Source: a virus
Lineage: Duplodnaviria; Caudoviricetes
Reading direction: 5' to 3' (one strand)
Virus record (IMG/VR): IMGVR_UViG_3300034053_000029
Span: 1-64,000 of that record
DNA: 64,000 nt
Both the position numbers and the translations under genes were made by a program. Shown here piece after piece: positions 19,578 to 29,110 of the stretch. The notes under the pieces were generated by a model. That model did not search any database. It saw only the letters and a list, made by a program, of their open reading frames with translations, and was not told the DNA's origin. Numbering within the stretch: position 1 is the stretch's first letter; the number at the start of each line of letters is the position of its first letter.

Positions 19578-19960
19578 TTATTCCTTTGTGTCCGGAAGTG
19601 GTGCATCCTTATCCACTTCTGTCCATCGTCCTTCTTCATTCTTCACTTCAACTTTGATCTTACGCATTTCACGCTTTACTTCTTCTTCGATAATCTGAGC
19701 TTGACCAGTTCGACGCATTGTTTCCATGTGGTGCCACTTTTTGAACTCTGCGCTGGATGCCATTTTCTGAAACGCATCTCTCTTGTTATCGAGTTGGCTA
19801 CGACTTGCCTCTGAATAACCGTGAGCGCCAGATGGTCGGTGTATGCAATGAACTGCACTAGAAGTTTTGTTTTTTTTTGACCCCCGCATCCTGTGCCTTT
19901 TGTATATTTCCATTCACAATCATTTGCCGTGACTGAAAATAATAATTCCTTCTTTGTCAT
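19578..19960 (-). pseudogene. GGQ peptide-chain release factor (RF-1 domain, PrfH/ArfB-like) split by a frameshift at an A9 run
   Basis: Frame 1 ends GTGCGGQK; other frame continues NKTSSAVHCIHRPSG...SRSQLDNK..AF; one extra A would join them. Confidence 0.8.
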
Positions 19961-19984
19961 GTTTTATTCCTTTTCTGTGCTAAA

Positions 19985-19992
19985 TATTTATA
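19985..19992 (-). promoter_or_regulatory. Late promoter TATAAATA for the release-factor gene (overlaps divergent CTAAATA)
   Basis: Exact consensus. Confidence 0.65.
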
Positions 19993-20019
19993 GATACATT
20001 ATATATCAAAGGAGATTGA

Positions 20020-20910
20020 ATGTCAACCCAAACCAAATATCACAAATTTTATGATGCAATTATTGCTTCTGCCAAGAGCAAAAATCGTCGTAAGTCAGAA
20101 TCCGAATACTTTGAGTCGCACCACATTATTCCTAAAAGTTTAGGTGGATCAAATGAAAAATCAAATTTGGTGCTGCTAACTGCGAGAGAACATTACATAG
20201 TGCATATGCTCTTAGTAAGAATGATCCCGAAACCAAACAAACATAAAATGCTTGCTGCTCTTGCACGATTTTGTAAGGTTGCCAAATCTAGTAAACAATA
20301 TGAGTTATACAAAAGAACAATGTCAAAATATTCTAAAGGGGAGTTGAATGCCTCTTTTGGAAAGATATGGATTTATCATACTGATACCAAAGAAATTCTT
20401 TATGTTCACAAATCACAATTTGGTGTTGAGTATCCATTAAGTGAATTCACTAAAGGTCTTCCATACCAGCGTGGAGGAATACCAGAAGGTCGCATATGGG
20501 TTCATAAAGATAATCGTGGTGCTATTATAGATCAATCAGAACGTGAAGAGTATCTGAGTAATGGTTGGTCTTTAGGAAAACATTTTGCATTGAGTGAGGA
20601 TGCATATAAAAACGCAGTAAAGGCAAGACATACACCAGACAAAGATAAAAAGCACAGTGAATCATTGACTGGTAGAGTTGCGGTTAGATTGCCAGATTCA
20701 GACAAGTTTATTAGAATTCAAGAAAACAAAGTAGAAGAATTTTTATCAAAAGGATATATTTTACATAAAGGTTCAAATATGAAAGCTACTACTAGTGCAG
20801 GGAAACCAATTACAATCGATGGAATATCATATAAAAATATGTCAGAGGCATCAAGAAAGACTGGAATTCCATATCATAAAATTGTGAAGATGGGATTGTT
20901 CTCATTTTAG
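20020..20910 (+). CDS. HNH homing endonuclease
   Basis: ESHHIIPKSLGGSNEKSNLVLLTAREHYIVH; AAGGAG RBS. Confidence 0.9.
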   Translation: MSTQTKYHKFYDAIIASAKSKNRRKSESEYFESHHIIPKSLGGSNEKSNLVLLTAREHYIVHMLLVRMIPKPNKHKMLAALARFCKVAKSSKQYELYKRTMSKYSKGELNASFGKIWIYHTDTKEILYVHKSQFGVEYPLSEFTKGLPYQRGGIPEGRIWVHKDNRGAIIDQSEREEYLSNGWSLGKHFALSEDAYKNAVKARHTPDKDKKHSESLTGRVAVRLPDSDKFIRIQENKVEEFLSKGYILHKGSNMKATTSAGKPITIDGISYKNMSEASRKTGIPYHKIVKMGLFSF

Positions 20911-21221
20911 AATCCTAACGCTTCTCGTTCTGCCTTAGTTAGTTTCGCCAATGCACTTGCTTTCAGTGCTTCGGTTTCCATTTTACCAAATTCGTCTAAA
21001 CTATCCAAAATAGTAATGGTGGCTTCACGGATGTTATTTACATCACTTGTAGACTGATATCCCATCACGCACCAACTTGCATATGATTTGGACTTGACAT
21101 ACTTAACTGCGTCATCTTTGAAAGAGAAACGAGCAACAACCTTCATTGGACCACGCCCCTCGGTTGTGTCAGTGTGACCCATAACTTCAAAACATTTAAT
21201 GGTTTGCATTTTATTCCTCAC
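20907..21221 (-). CDS. Hypothetical protein
   Basis: DTTEGRGPM; C-term ALAKLTKAEREALG. Confidence 0.65.
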   Translation of the reverse strand: MRNKMQTIKCFEVMGHTDTTEGRGPMKVVARFSFKDDAVKYVKSKSYASWCVMGYQSTSDVNNIREATITILDSLDEFGKMETEALKASALAKLTKAEREALGF

Positions 21222-21429
21222 TCACTGCAAAAATGTACTCAGAAATTGTGAATGCTTTTTGCAAGTCTGCACTATTCCAGTATTCTTCTGCTGCCTTGGC
21301 ACAACGGTCTTCTATCAATACCTTAAAGTTCTCTAAGGCAGTTTCGTGACAAGTACCAACTTGTGTGTTAGACAAGTCTGAACCTGAGAATCCAGACTGC
21401 CGTGCTAATGTTTCTAATAAGGTGTTCAT
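21211..21429 (-). CDS. Divergent MNERI-family small protein
   Basis: MNTLLETLARQSG...LENFKVLIEDRC. Confidence 0.55.
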   Translation of the reverse strand: MNTLLETLARQSGFSGSDLSNTQVGTCHETALENFKVLIEDRCAKAAEEYWNSADLQKAFTISEYIFAVSEE

Positions 21430-21460
21430 TCTACTGCTCCAAACTCACATCATGTATCCA

Positions 21461-21510
21461 ATTATAATCGAATCCAAAACTTTGTCAATCTCTTTCGTAA
21501 CTCATTGATC
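21461..21510 (-). promoter_or_regulatory. Early promoter with near-IHF box
   Basis: TTGACA-16-TATAAT; GATCAATGAGTTA. Confidence 0.7.
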
Positions 21511-21792
21511 CATAGGGTATTTTCCAGAATGTGTCAGGACAAACAACATAGCATCTTGATCAAATTTGAATCGGTAGATCAGATGCAATATGGCACCACG
21601 ATGTATTGTTGTAGTCTTGTAACTCGGTATCTCTGGTTTGTGATACCGATCCCAAAATCTACCACGGATACTGATTCGATCTTCACACCATTGATCGAGT
21701 ATAGGAGTTACGGTTGGCATCCATCCACCTATTTGATTATTAGCGTCTATGTGCGTCCAGTTATCAAAATAATCGCTTATATTTTTAGTCAA
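21502..21792 (-). CDS. LKW-family small protein
   Basis: FKFDQDAMLFVLTHS. Confidence 0.65.
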   Translation of the reverse strand: MTKNISDYFDNWTHIDANNQIGGWMPTVTPILDQWCEDRISIRGRFWDRYHKPEIPSYKTTTIHRGAILHLIYRFKFDQDAMLFVLTHSGKYPMDQ

Positions 21793-22067
21793 AATTTTAA
21801 TGCAACCATCAAATACACTTCCTGAGAAACAAACATTCGCATTCTACCCAATCCCCATGCCCAATCTTCGTGTTCTGTGAAGGTCTCTTGTATGTAATCG
21901 AAGACACGATCTGATGCTTCCAGAACTACTAATTTCCTACCGAATAATTCAGTTTCATGAATTGATTGATATGGTTTCGGTGGGTCTGGATCAACACCAC
22001 GCAATAGTGCATCGACTTCCTCTTGTGATAGTGTCATTAAATCTTCCATCCAATCTTCTTCTTTCAT
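21789..22067 (-). CDS. LKW-family small protein
   Basis: VSQEVYLMVALKF. Confidence 0.65.
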   Translation of the reverse strand: MKEEDWMEDLMTLSQEEVDALLRGVDPDPPKPYQSIHETELFGRKLVVLEASDRVFDYIQETFTEHEDWAWGLGRMRMFVSQEVYLMVALKF

Positions 22068-22288
22068 TCAACTTGAACCGAGTTGCCAAACTTGAGTCGC
22101 ATTAGCATTGCAATATCATCCGGAACATCACTAAATTTACCTGATGGATGTCTTTCAGGATATTGTGGATCATAAACTGCAGTATAAAACATATGTTCAA
22201 ACCTGAACAATACATTATGAGAAGTCAAAAACTCTTTCATTTGGGCAATTTCTTCGTATGCTTTGGGATATATTTTGATATCTTTCAT
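22064..22288 (-). CDS. LKW-family small protein
   Basis: VPDDIAMLMRLKFG. Confidence 0.65.
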   Translation of the reverse strand: MKDIKIYPKAYEEIAQMKEFLTSHNVLFRFEHMFYTAVYDPQYPERHPSGKFSDVPDDIAMLMRLKFGNSVQVE

Positions 22289-22500
22289 TACATATACTTC
22301 ATCATAAGATACGCAGCAGATTCTGGATTTTCGACGTATGCAAACCGATTATCACCGAATAAAAATACACGATCTGGATTGTAAAATCTCCCTAGTAAAT
22401 CTTCTTGCAAGAAGTCAACGTGCGAAATCCTGCATTTACCATTGACATATGTAGGAACTTTTGTCCACTTCAATCCAAACTTTTTATTAACGTGTTTCAT
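22288..22500 (-). CDS. LKW-family small protein
   Basis: ENPESAAYLMMKYM. Confidence 0.65.
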   Translation of the reverse strand: MKHVNKKFGLKWTKVPTYVNGKCRISHVDFLQEDLLGRFYNPDRVFLFGDNRFAYVENPESAAYLMMKYM

Positions 22501-22501
22501 T

Positions 22502-22681
22502 TTAACTCCATTTCATAGAGAACATCACCGCATCTTGTTCACTAGCAAATATGTATTTACGCATAGCACCTGATTCATACAAGACAGTAAAGGATGTTAT
22601 GTCATAAGGAATTTCGTTTTCCTTCAACCATTGTAACTGTCCATCACGAAGTTTTACTGTTACGACATATTCCATCTTCAT
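22502..22681 (-). CDS. LKW-family small protein
   Basis: FASEQDAVMFSMKWS. Confidence 0.75.
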   Translation of the reverse strand: MKMEYVVTVKLRDGQLQWLKENEIPYDITSFTVLYESGAMRKYIFASEQDAVMFSMKWS

Positions 22682-22929
22682 CCCCACTTCAATGCAAACA
22701 AAACAGCATCTTCTTCACGCTTGAAGTAAAAAGTACAGTATTCATAAATCCAATTGTTGCCGAACTGTTCTTCACACCAATCTCGAACTTCGGTTGCAGA
22801 TGCTAACCGAAACTCACATTTAACAGGATTCATTCGTACTTTATCGAAACTACGAAAACCATGATCCGCATCTTCGCCTGACATAGCGAAATATTTGTCT
22901 TTCATCGAACTGTATTCAAATTTTTTCAT
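22678..22929 (-). CDS. LKW-family small protein
   Basis: WCEEQFG...FKREEDAVLFALKWG. Confidence 0.8.
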   Translation of the reverse strand: MKKFEYSSMKDKYFAMSGEDADHGFRSFDKVRMNPVKCEFRLASATEVRDWCEEQFGNNWIYEYCTFYFKREEDAVLFALKWG

Positions 22930-23165
22930 GACCACTTCAATAGGAACATCACAACTTGTTCTTCCGTCTTCACTTGTATCTCACCCCAATTTAGATTTTT
23001 CAAGTTTCTTGTGTCTGGTGTGGATGTTTCCTTGAACCAATTATATATGGCAGAAGTGTCTTCACTATTCAAAGCAGGAAATGCGATAGTGTACCATAAC
23101 TGCTCTTGCCATGTATCCGACCGCCAACAAATTTCCTCATACCAATGTATATTTTTAATCTTCAT
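22926..23165 (-). CDS. LKW-family small protein
   Basis: VKTEEQVVMFLLKWS. Confidence 0.75.
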   Translation of the reverse strand: MKIKNIHWYEEICWRSDTWQEQLWYTIAFPALNSEDTSAIYNWFKETSTPDTRNLKNLNWGEIQVKTEEQVVMFLLKWS

Positions 23166-23410
23166 GAGTATCTCATTATAAACATAACTTCGTCTTCTGG
23201 ATTGTCGAACACAACCTCATCAAGTACGGTTGGTTGATCCTCTGGTTCTAATACTTGATTGTCAAAATATCGATACACCACCTTACATTTGAATCTCTCT
23301 TCAAATTTCCACCTGATGCGTTCCTCTGACCAACATTCCTTTTTTGCTTTTGGTATCTCTTTCGCTAAGGCATTCCTAACGATATAATTATTGGATGATG
23401 TTATCTTCAT
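23162..23410 (-). CDS. LKW-family small protein
   Basis: FDNPEDEVMFIMRYS. Confidence 0.75.
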   Translation of the reverse strand: MKITSSNNYIVRNALAKEIPKAKKECWSEERIRWKFEERFKCKVVYRYFDNQVLEPEDQPTVLDEVVFDNPEDEVMFIMRYS

Positions 23411-23622
23411 GACCACTTCAATATGAATAATAGTTCATCTTCTTTTGTATGAAACTCAATCATTGTTGCTATGTTCAATTCATCGTGTAGTTTTATTTTA
23501 CAATTATACGCAGTTTCAAATCGTTCTACAATAACAGATTCTGGTGTGGTCTCACCAAGAGCAGTTGCTGCTTTCCTGATCATGTGCCTTGTGGATTCGT
23601 TGATAGGGAACATTTTTATCAT
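23407..23622 (-). CDS. LKW-family small protein
   Basis: FHTKEDELLFILKWS. Confidence 0.75.
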   Translation of the reverse strand: MIKMFPINESTRHMIRKAATALGETTPESVIVERFETAYNCKIKLHDELNIATMIEFHTKEDELLFILKWS

Positions 23623-23876
23623 CGGAATTTCAACTCAATGAGCATCCTCTGCTCTTCAGTAATCATTGCGTCACAAACATAATCGTCACCAAACTCGTTG
23701 CCTTCGTGTGGGTCAGTGCAATACAACATATCATCGGTTGGGTATGTTTCTCTTAGAAATTTTACAATGTCTTTTGGTTCAATAAAACCCCATCGTGCAC
23801 TATGATGACCCCAAGTATGGAGAGCATACCTGCCATGATATATTTTACTCTTATGAACTGACCAACCCATTCTCAA
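23619..23876 (-). CDS. LKW-family small protein
   Basis: ITEEQRMLIELKFR. Confidence 0.65.
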   Translation of the reverse strand: MRMGWSVHKSKIYHGRYALHTWGHHSARWGFIEPKDIVKFLRETYPTDDMLYCTDPHEGNEFGDDYVCDAMITEEQRMLIELKFR

Positions 23877-24195
23877 TATCCTTTAACCGTTGTTTCAGTA
23901 ACTGTTCACCAAGATGTGCAGCAGGATAATACGACGAAGACTCTTTTTTGTCAAGACCATGCTTCATTAGCATATACAGTTTGAGTTGTTCGAGCATATC
24001 AAATAATGCTTCATCTTTTGTTGCATAATTGAGCATTCTCTCGAAGTCCATCATACTCAACTCAACAATGTTGTCTCGTCTTGTATGACTCATAGCCATC
24101 GTTCCATTATGATTCAAACAATGACGATTTGTTGAGATCGAATATCCTCTGTCTATCCAATACTGCACATCAAGTTTTTCTTGTGGTATTGGCAT
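23851..24195 (-). CDS. Small protein with C-terminal LEQ.KL.Y helix family motif
   Basis: ATKDEALFDMLEQLKLYMLMK. Confidence 0.6.
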   Translation of the reverse strand: MPIPQEKLDVQYWIDRGYSISTNRHCLNHNGTMAMSHTRRDNIVELSMMDFERMLNYATKDEALFDMLEQLKLYMLMKHGLDKKESSSYYPAAHLGEQLLKQRLKDIENGLVSS

Positions 24196-24395
24196 TATCC
24201 GTATTGCACCTCTTCAACAGCATTATAAAATTGAGTAGTCTTTTCTAAAGTAAATGTCGTTCCGTTGTATGTTATTTCATTAGGCCATTCGTCTATAACA
24301 ACTTTATTCCCATCGATGACAGATACAATCGTGTTATCGTCTTGCCTCCGACCAACTAATGTAAATCCTGCTAAAAATTCTTTGAAGTGCTCCAC
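24195..24395 (-). CDS. Hypothetical protein
   Basis: Tightly packed ORF. Confidence 0.55.
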   Translation of the reverse strand: MEHFKEFLAGFTLVGRRQDDNTIVSVIDGNKVVIDEWPNEITYNGTTFTLEKTTQFYNAVEEVQYG

Positions 24396-24400
24396 GATGT

Positions 24401-25642
24401 TTATCCTGTGTATCTCACTGTGTTATTCCCAAATCGAATATGGATTTCGTAAATTCCCATCGCCGAGTTTATTTCTTTGTTTGTGTATTCGGTCGTTTGC
24501 CTATTGAAATACCCACTACGACCAGAATCCTTCATTGTATATTTGAAATGGATTTTTGACTTATCTACTGTTGCCTCTAATCCCATATGCGGGGCACCGT
24601 CTCTCACACTTCGTTCTTTGGTGTAGTATGTCACTCCATCAACATCCTTGCACATATATGGTAGGTAACTATATCCATTCTGATGCTTCTCAATTTGGTT
24701 TACTTTGACTAACTTGATGTTGATTTCGTCCGCTGATTTGAGTTTAGTCGCAGATATACCATATAGACTATATTCTCCGGTAATACCGTCACCTTCTGAC
24801 AACCACTGATTTGCAGTGACAGCAATCTCTTCTTTTGTTAGCGGAACATCAATTCGTTTCTCGATGTTGATAACCTTAGGTGACGAAGAAATTGTAAAAT
24901 AACCATCGGTATTCTTAAACAAATACATCTCTTTTTGCACACCAAAACTCAAACCAGTTGCTGCATAATTACCCATTCCGTCCATATACATAAAGAACAT
25001 TTTACCCAAATATTGTGCAGTGAGCATTTTACCGCCTGTCATAACATCAACAGTGTCGCCAAGTTTCACATCTTTAAGACTAATCTTGTTCTTCAACTTT
25101 GTAGTGACAACGACTGCGGATTGATATGGTTCACTATCTTCGGCAAGCAAAACATTATTTGATCCGTCCCTCGCCCACGCACATTTGCCTTGAATAACAC
25201 CATTGATTAGTGTTCCACTCGCAACAAGTTTAGCGAAATTCTCTGATCGAATTTCAAGATCAAATCCACGAGGATCGGTAATACGCCAAGTCACATTGCC
25301 GCTACCACTCCATCCACTACGACGAACCGACTTAGCAATTTGGAATCCATCTATTGGTTCATTTTTGAGAATGCGAGGATAACAATTTGTCATAAAGATG
25401 GTGGCAGCATCCAATGATTTACTATATGAATTGCTGCTACCAGATGCGGTTACATTATCGTCTTCATCGATGTGAATCTTTATGCCACGACCATACGCCC
25501 AACTGTCTTGGGTTTCTTTACGCTTCTCAAATGCTGCGTCCTTAGTGTATGGAGACATGAATCCAAGTAGTCCATCTTCGTTTGATGAATCGTCACGGTA
25601 TTGTAGAGTTACATAGATTTTATCAGGTACTGTAGTTGCCAT
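24401..25642 (-). CDS. Conserved hypothetical phage protein
   Basis: 413 aa; WRITDPRGFDLEI.SEN. Confidence 0.75.
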   Translation of the reverse strand: MATTVPDKIYVTLQYRDDSSNEDGLLGFMSPYTKDAAFEKRKETQDSWAYGRGIKIHIDEDDNVTASGSSNSYSKSLDAATIFMTNCYPRILKNEPIDGFQIAKSVRRSGWSGSGNVTWRITDPRGFDLEIRSENFAKLVASGTLINGVIQGKCAWARDGSNNVLLAEDSEPYQSAVVVTTKLKNKISLKDVKLGDTVDVMTGGKMLTAQYLGKMFFMYMDGMGNYAATGLSFGVQKEMYLFKNTDGYFTISSSPKVINIEKRIDVPLTKEEIAVTANQWLSEGDGITGEYSLYGISATKLKSADEINIKLVKVNQIEKHQNGYSYLPYMCKDVDGVTYYTKERSVRDGAPHMGLEATVDKSKIHFKYTMKDSGRSGYFNRQTTEYTNKEINSAMGIYEIHIRFGNNTVRYTG

Positions 25643-26037
25643 TATTTGATCCCTGCCATAATGTTAAGTAATTGTTGTTCATCTGCCCATTGCTTCTCTG
25701 CGTCAATTCGATTTTTGAGATAATATCGAATTGTGTTCTTATCATTCCAAATAAAATCTTCATACTTCCTTAACTTCTCTTTACATCCCTTGCAGTCATC
25801 AACGAAAACTTGACCGTTGAGTTCTCCGTAAGTGACACTTTGCCAGTTATGAAGTTTGACTTTATCTGATTCGTCTGGTATGTCTTCATTTTCATCATAA
25901 TAACAATCATCTGATAATGTCGCATAATGATCGATCCCGCACTGACACTCAATAAACTTGCCGCCGCCTCGACAATCCAAAGATCGAAACATAAGGTCTG
26001 ACGCTTCTTTATCGTTGTATGGTAATCTTTCACTCAT
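25642..26037 (-). CDS. Hypothetical protein
   Basis: CQCG..H, C..C. Confidence 0.6.
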   Translation of the reverse strand: MSERLPYNDKEASDLMFRSLDCRGGGKFIECQCGIDHYATLSDDCYYDENEDIPDESDKVKLHNWQSVTYGELNGQVFVDDCKGCKEKLRKYEDFIWNDKNTIRYYLKNRIDAEKQWADEQQLLNIMAGIK

Positions 26038-26038
26038 C

Positions 26039-26329
26039 TTATGAGTTCTTCAATATTTGAATTAGCATTTTTTGATCTATCCATTCGTCAATTGGTTTTG
26101 TTGGGTGATATTTTACTTCTAGTATTTCCCACGACTGATCAAGGATACCACATTTTGCACATTTCATCAAGTGAGATTTAAGTGTTTTCTCGGTGCACCA
26201 TTCCTTACCATTTTTGTCCCAAGTTACTTTGTAGGTTTTAGTATTGTTTATGCTGTCCCAATCACTAGTCACCGCACCCTTACTAAAATCTCCACATGGA
26301 CGCCGAATCTTAAACTTAGTTTCTGACAT
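26039..26329 (-). CDS. Hypothetical protein
   Basis: Tightly packed ORF. Confidence 0.6.
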   Translation of the reverse strand: MSETKFKIRRPCGDFSKGAVTSDWDSINNTKTYKVTWDKNGKEWCTEKTLKSHLMKCAKCGILDQSWEILEVKYHPTKPIDEWIDQKMLIQILKNS

Positions 26330-26333
26330 TAGG

Positions 26334-26546
26334 TCATCCCCACTTCAATTGAATATATGTTGCAGTATCTTCGTGAACCCAAAAATTGAATGTGCCGAAT
26401 CTTGGGTTAGATGGTTGGAATCGATCAATCTTGTTCTCGTTCATCCACCTATGAATTTCAACATACAAATCTGGAACAGATTTATCAACCACGACTTCGA
26501 TTGGATATTCAAAACACTTATTATGTCTAACGATTAACTTTGTCAT
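26334..26546 (-). CDS. LKW-family small protein
   Basis: VHEDTATYIQLKWG. Confidence 0.7.
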   Translation of the reverse strand: MTKLIVRHNKCFEYPIEVVVDKSVPDLYVEIHRWMNENKIDRFQPSNPRFGTFNFWVHEDTATYIQLKWG

Positions 26547-26758
26547 TTCCATCTCAACAAGAAAAACGCCACCCATTCTTCTCTAATATACAATCCACTC
26601 CCTGCTATTGTAACAGGAATATTGTTTTCATGCAACCAGTCTTTGATGTTCTCTCTAACAACAAGGTCAGTTGGTAGTTCGATTCGGTGCGTATATGGAT
26701 ACCGTTGAGATGATGTTGCGTATAAATGAGTTACACCAAGCGGAAGACGGTTTAACAT
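26543..26758 (-). CDS. LKW-family small protein
   Basis: IREEWVAFFLLRWK. Confidence 0.7.
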   Translation of the reverse strand: MLNRLPLGVTHLYATSSQRYPYTHRIELPTDLVVRENIKDWLHENNIPVTIAGSGLYIREEWVAFFLLRWK

Positions 26759-26976
26759 TATGCCCACCTCAACAAAAACATAAGCTCGCTCTCTTCGTCG
26801 GTGAATTCGATTCGCACTTTGTCTATGTCCGAAACACCAATGCCAATGGGTACATTGACGCCTTGATCCATCAACCATTTTGTGTAGCGTCGGTGATCAT
26901 AAGTGCTAAGTCTACCTGTTTCACTATAATAACCAGCCACAGCATTTTGCAAATATGGGAGTCTTGGTAAACTCAT
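26758..26976 (-). CDS. LKW-family small protein
   Basis: FTDEESELMFLLRWA. Confidence 0.75.
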   Translation of the reverse strand: MSLPRLPYLQNAVAGYYSETGRLSTYDHRRYTKWLMDQGVNVPIGIGVSDIDKVRIEFTDEESELMFLLRWA

Positions 26977-27227
26977 TATGCCCACCTCAACATAAACAAT
27001 GTTAAATCTTCTTCGGACTGAAAGTAAATATCGTTCCAACAAGGATACCACTTAGAGTTTTTGTGTTCGCCTGTTAGTGCAGGTTCGCCGTATGTTTCAG
27101 TGCACCAGGCGAATAATTCTGGCGCCTGCTCATCTAATCTAAATAACCCAAGAGTTTTCAGTCTGACACGGTGGGACCAAACAGTGTTGGTTTGATCAGT
27201 CTCATCAAAATATTTTACTTCGACCAT
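26976..27227 (-). CDS. LKW-family small protein
   Basis: WCTETYG...FQSEEDLTLFMLRWA. Confidence 0.8.
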   Translation of the reverse strand: MVEVKYFDETDQTNTVWSHRVRLKTLGLFRLDEQAPELFAWCTETYGEPALTGEHKNSKWYPCWNDIYFQSEEDLTLFMLRWA

Positions 27228-27415
27228 TATACCCACCTCAACGCAAACAAAACAGCGTCAGACTCTTTATCAAACTCGATCATACGATTTGCTTCGCCAG
27301 TTTTCCAACTGGTCCAATCGTGACCACCATAATGATTGCCTTCGCAGTTTTCATTACACCAATGAAACAGTGTATGATAATCTTTGTCATCGGAATATCG
27401 AACTTTGAAGAACAT
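27227..27415 (-). CDS. LKW-family small protein
   Basis: FDKESDAVLFALRWV. Confidence 0.8.
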   Translation of the reverse strand: MFFKVRYSDDKDYHTLFHWCNENCEGNHYGGHDWTSWKTGEANRMIEFDKESDAVLFALRWV

Positions 27416-27424
27416 TGTATATCC

Positions 27425-27727
27425 TCATTTCCATTTTAGCATCAACAAACTCGCCATTTCTTCTGGCACCAAAAACACAGACTCAAACCACAAATACCAC
27501 TCATACGTTTCTTTTGGGAATGACTCGTTCATCCATTTTAATTCTGTACCAAAAACATCAACTGGGTAATGAGTTGGATAATTTTTATGACATTCACTAT
27601 GCCCATTGATCATTCTAAAATGCCCTTTTCCTTTGTCACCATATCCTATCAACCAATTGTAGTGCTTCTCTAATTCTTCTTGCGATTCTTCAAGGTTAGA
27701 AGCAGACCTAAAATTGATAACTGTCAT
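27425..27727 (-). CDS. LKW-family small protein
   Basis: VPEEMASLLMLKWK. Confidence 0.7.
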   Translation of the reverse strand: MTVINFRSASNLEESQEELEKHYNWLIGYGDKGKGHFRMINGHSECHKNYPTHYPVDVFGTELKWMNESFPKETYEWYLWFESVFLVPEEMASLLMLKWK

Positions 27728-27966
27728 TATTTCCATCTCAACGCAAACATCATCGCATCTTCTTCTCTGGCGAATGAATACAACGGATGACCGTCTCTAC
27801 CACGACCAAAATTATTTACCATGTATCTAGCATGTCCGTCTTGAATACAATTACCAATATTGGCCTTCAACCATTTTTGGACTTCACCATATTCTCCATC
27901 TTTTCCATATGATTCAATGGACAACGACACATTATATCGCTTGCTTCTCGGTTTTCTCTGTTTCAT
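27727..27966 (-). CDS. LKW-family small protein
   Basis: FAREEDAMMFALRWK. Confidence 0.8.
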   Translation of the reverse strand: MKQRKPRSKRYNVSLSIESYGKDGEYGEVQKWLKANIGNCIQDGHARYMVNNFGRGRDGHPLYSFAREEDAMMFALRWK

Positions 27967-28214
27967 ACCATCAACCTCGCTAAAATCATGTCCTCTTCTC
28001 GTTTGAAATATATCCTGACTGTTGATTCGTATGGTTTGAAGTTCACCACTACCCACATTTCATACGGTGATGACTCATAACATATTGGTGGTTCTTTGTG
28101 TCCTTTCGGTGACTTGAACCGTTCTTTGAGTTTCTTTATTTTTATAAATGGATTTAGTGACGAATCGAACAACCTCGGTTCGTTATGCCCTAATTCAAAC
28201 CAGTATGGAGTCAT
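27963..28214 (-). CDS. LKW-family small protein
   Basis: FKREEDMILARLMV. Confidence 0.65.
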   Translation of the reverse strand: MTPYWFELGHNEPRLFDSSLNPFIKIKKLKERFKSPKGHKEPPICYESSPYEMWVVVNFKPYESTVRIYFKREEDMILARLMV

Positions 28215-28812
28215 TAAACTGATCCTTTAACCATTTTAGTTGTACCCTATCTTCCCATTCACAATGATGGATCAATGACGCATAATCTGTTCCACGCAGT
28301 TTTTCCCACATGAGCATTTCTTCTACTTGAGGAAAGTCCTCAGTGAAGAATCGGAAGTCCCAAGAATACGAATGCCATATCGAATCGAATCGTTTTCGAT
28401 TTTTACCTTTGTTCAATAGTTTGTTCGTAAGTTTCTCCCAAACCGGATGGTTGTAACAACCAAACCCACCAGTTCCTGTATGGAAGCATGTCTTGTTGAA
28501 TACGTCAGATGAGTAAAACGACACTGGTGAATTTTCATAACGAATCCACACTCGACCTTCAAACCCAGGAAATCCATTTGGGTAATCCTTGTCTCGGTAT
28601 CCCCAATTTGTCTTTTTCCCTTTTGGAGCATCGTGGGTGTTACTCACGCACTTACTATACTTCACTTGCCATGAGAATCCTACAACTCGGTTGTCGGTGT
28701 CTATACCACGATGCTTGCACTCTCGCACATACATAGGGTCTTTGAAATTGGCATTCACTCTGGCAATGCAGAGGTCGGCAAGCTCACTCATTGTTTCATT
28801 GAACATTGTCAC
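28195..28812 (-). CDS. Conserved hypothetical phage protein
   Basis: VSNTHDAP..K.TNWG...GFPGFEGRVWIRY. Confidence 0.7.
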   Translation of the reverse strand: MTMFNETMSELADLCIARVNANFKDPMYVRECKHRGIDTDNRVVGFSWQVKYSKCVSNTHDAPKGKKTNWGYRDKDYPNGFPGFEGRVWIRYENSPVSFYSSDVFNKTCFHTGTGGFGCYNHPVWEKLTNKLLNKGKNRKRFDSIWHSYSWDFRFFTEDFPQVEEMLMWEKLRGTDYASLIHHCEWEDRVQLKWLKDQFNDSILV

Positions 28813-29033
28813 ACCTTGTATTTTTTAAACAATCGAGTGACGTAATCAACTTTACCAGTACTGATAGGTGGATAACCACCAGATTCATTCTTGGTCGATT
28901 TTCCATTCTGCATGGTCTTTAGGATTACACCCCACGCACTCTTTGTTCCGCTACCATAGACACGCAATTCAAACGTGTCACCATTATTAGTTTTAACGGA
29001 ATCAACGACAACAAACTTACCAAAACTAGACAT
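28809..29033 (-). CDS. Hypothetical early protein
   Basis: AAGGAG RBS after promoter. Confidence 0.65.
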   Translation of the reverse strand: MSSFGKFVVVDSVKTNNGDTFELRVYGSGTKSAWGVILKTMQNGKSTKNESGGYPPISTGKVDYVTRLFKKYKV

Positions 29034-29058
29034 AACAAACTCCTTTAACGATGGACGA

Positions 29059-29110
29059 ATTATACTCTAGTAGTTATGGGAGTGTCAACCAATTTTGTAA
29101 GTTGTTGATT
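29059..29110 (-). promoter_or_regulatory. Early promoter with IHF box
   Basis: TTGACA-18-TATAAT; AATCAACAACTTA. Confidence 0.75.

Larger units (their letters stand above)
21502..23876 (-). repeat. Tandem array 1 of LKW-family paralogues (10 genes)
   Basis: Each ORF ends in a (D/E)-rich helix then F/M-x-L/M-(K/R)-(W/F/Y). Confidence 0.85.
26334..28214 (-). repeat. Tandem array 2 of LKW-family paralogues (8 genes)
   Basis: Junction repeats TTGAGGTGGG(C/T)ATAATG and TTGAGATGGAAAT. Confidence 0.85.

Noticed and set aside
19578-19960. Release factor as evidence of stop-codon recoding in this phage
   Set aside because: Core genes (gp32, gp59, rnlA, AAA ATPase) are full length in code 11 and TAA, TAG and TGA all act as stops.
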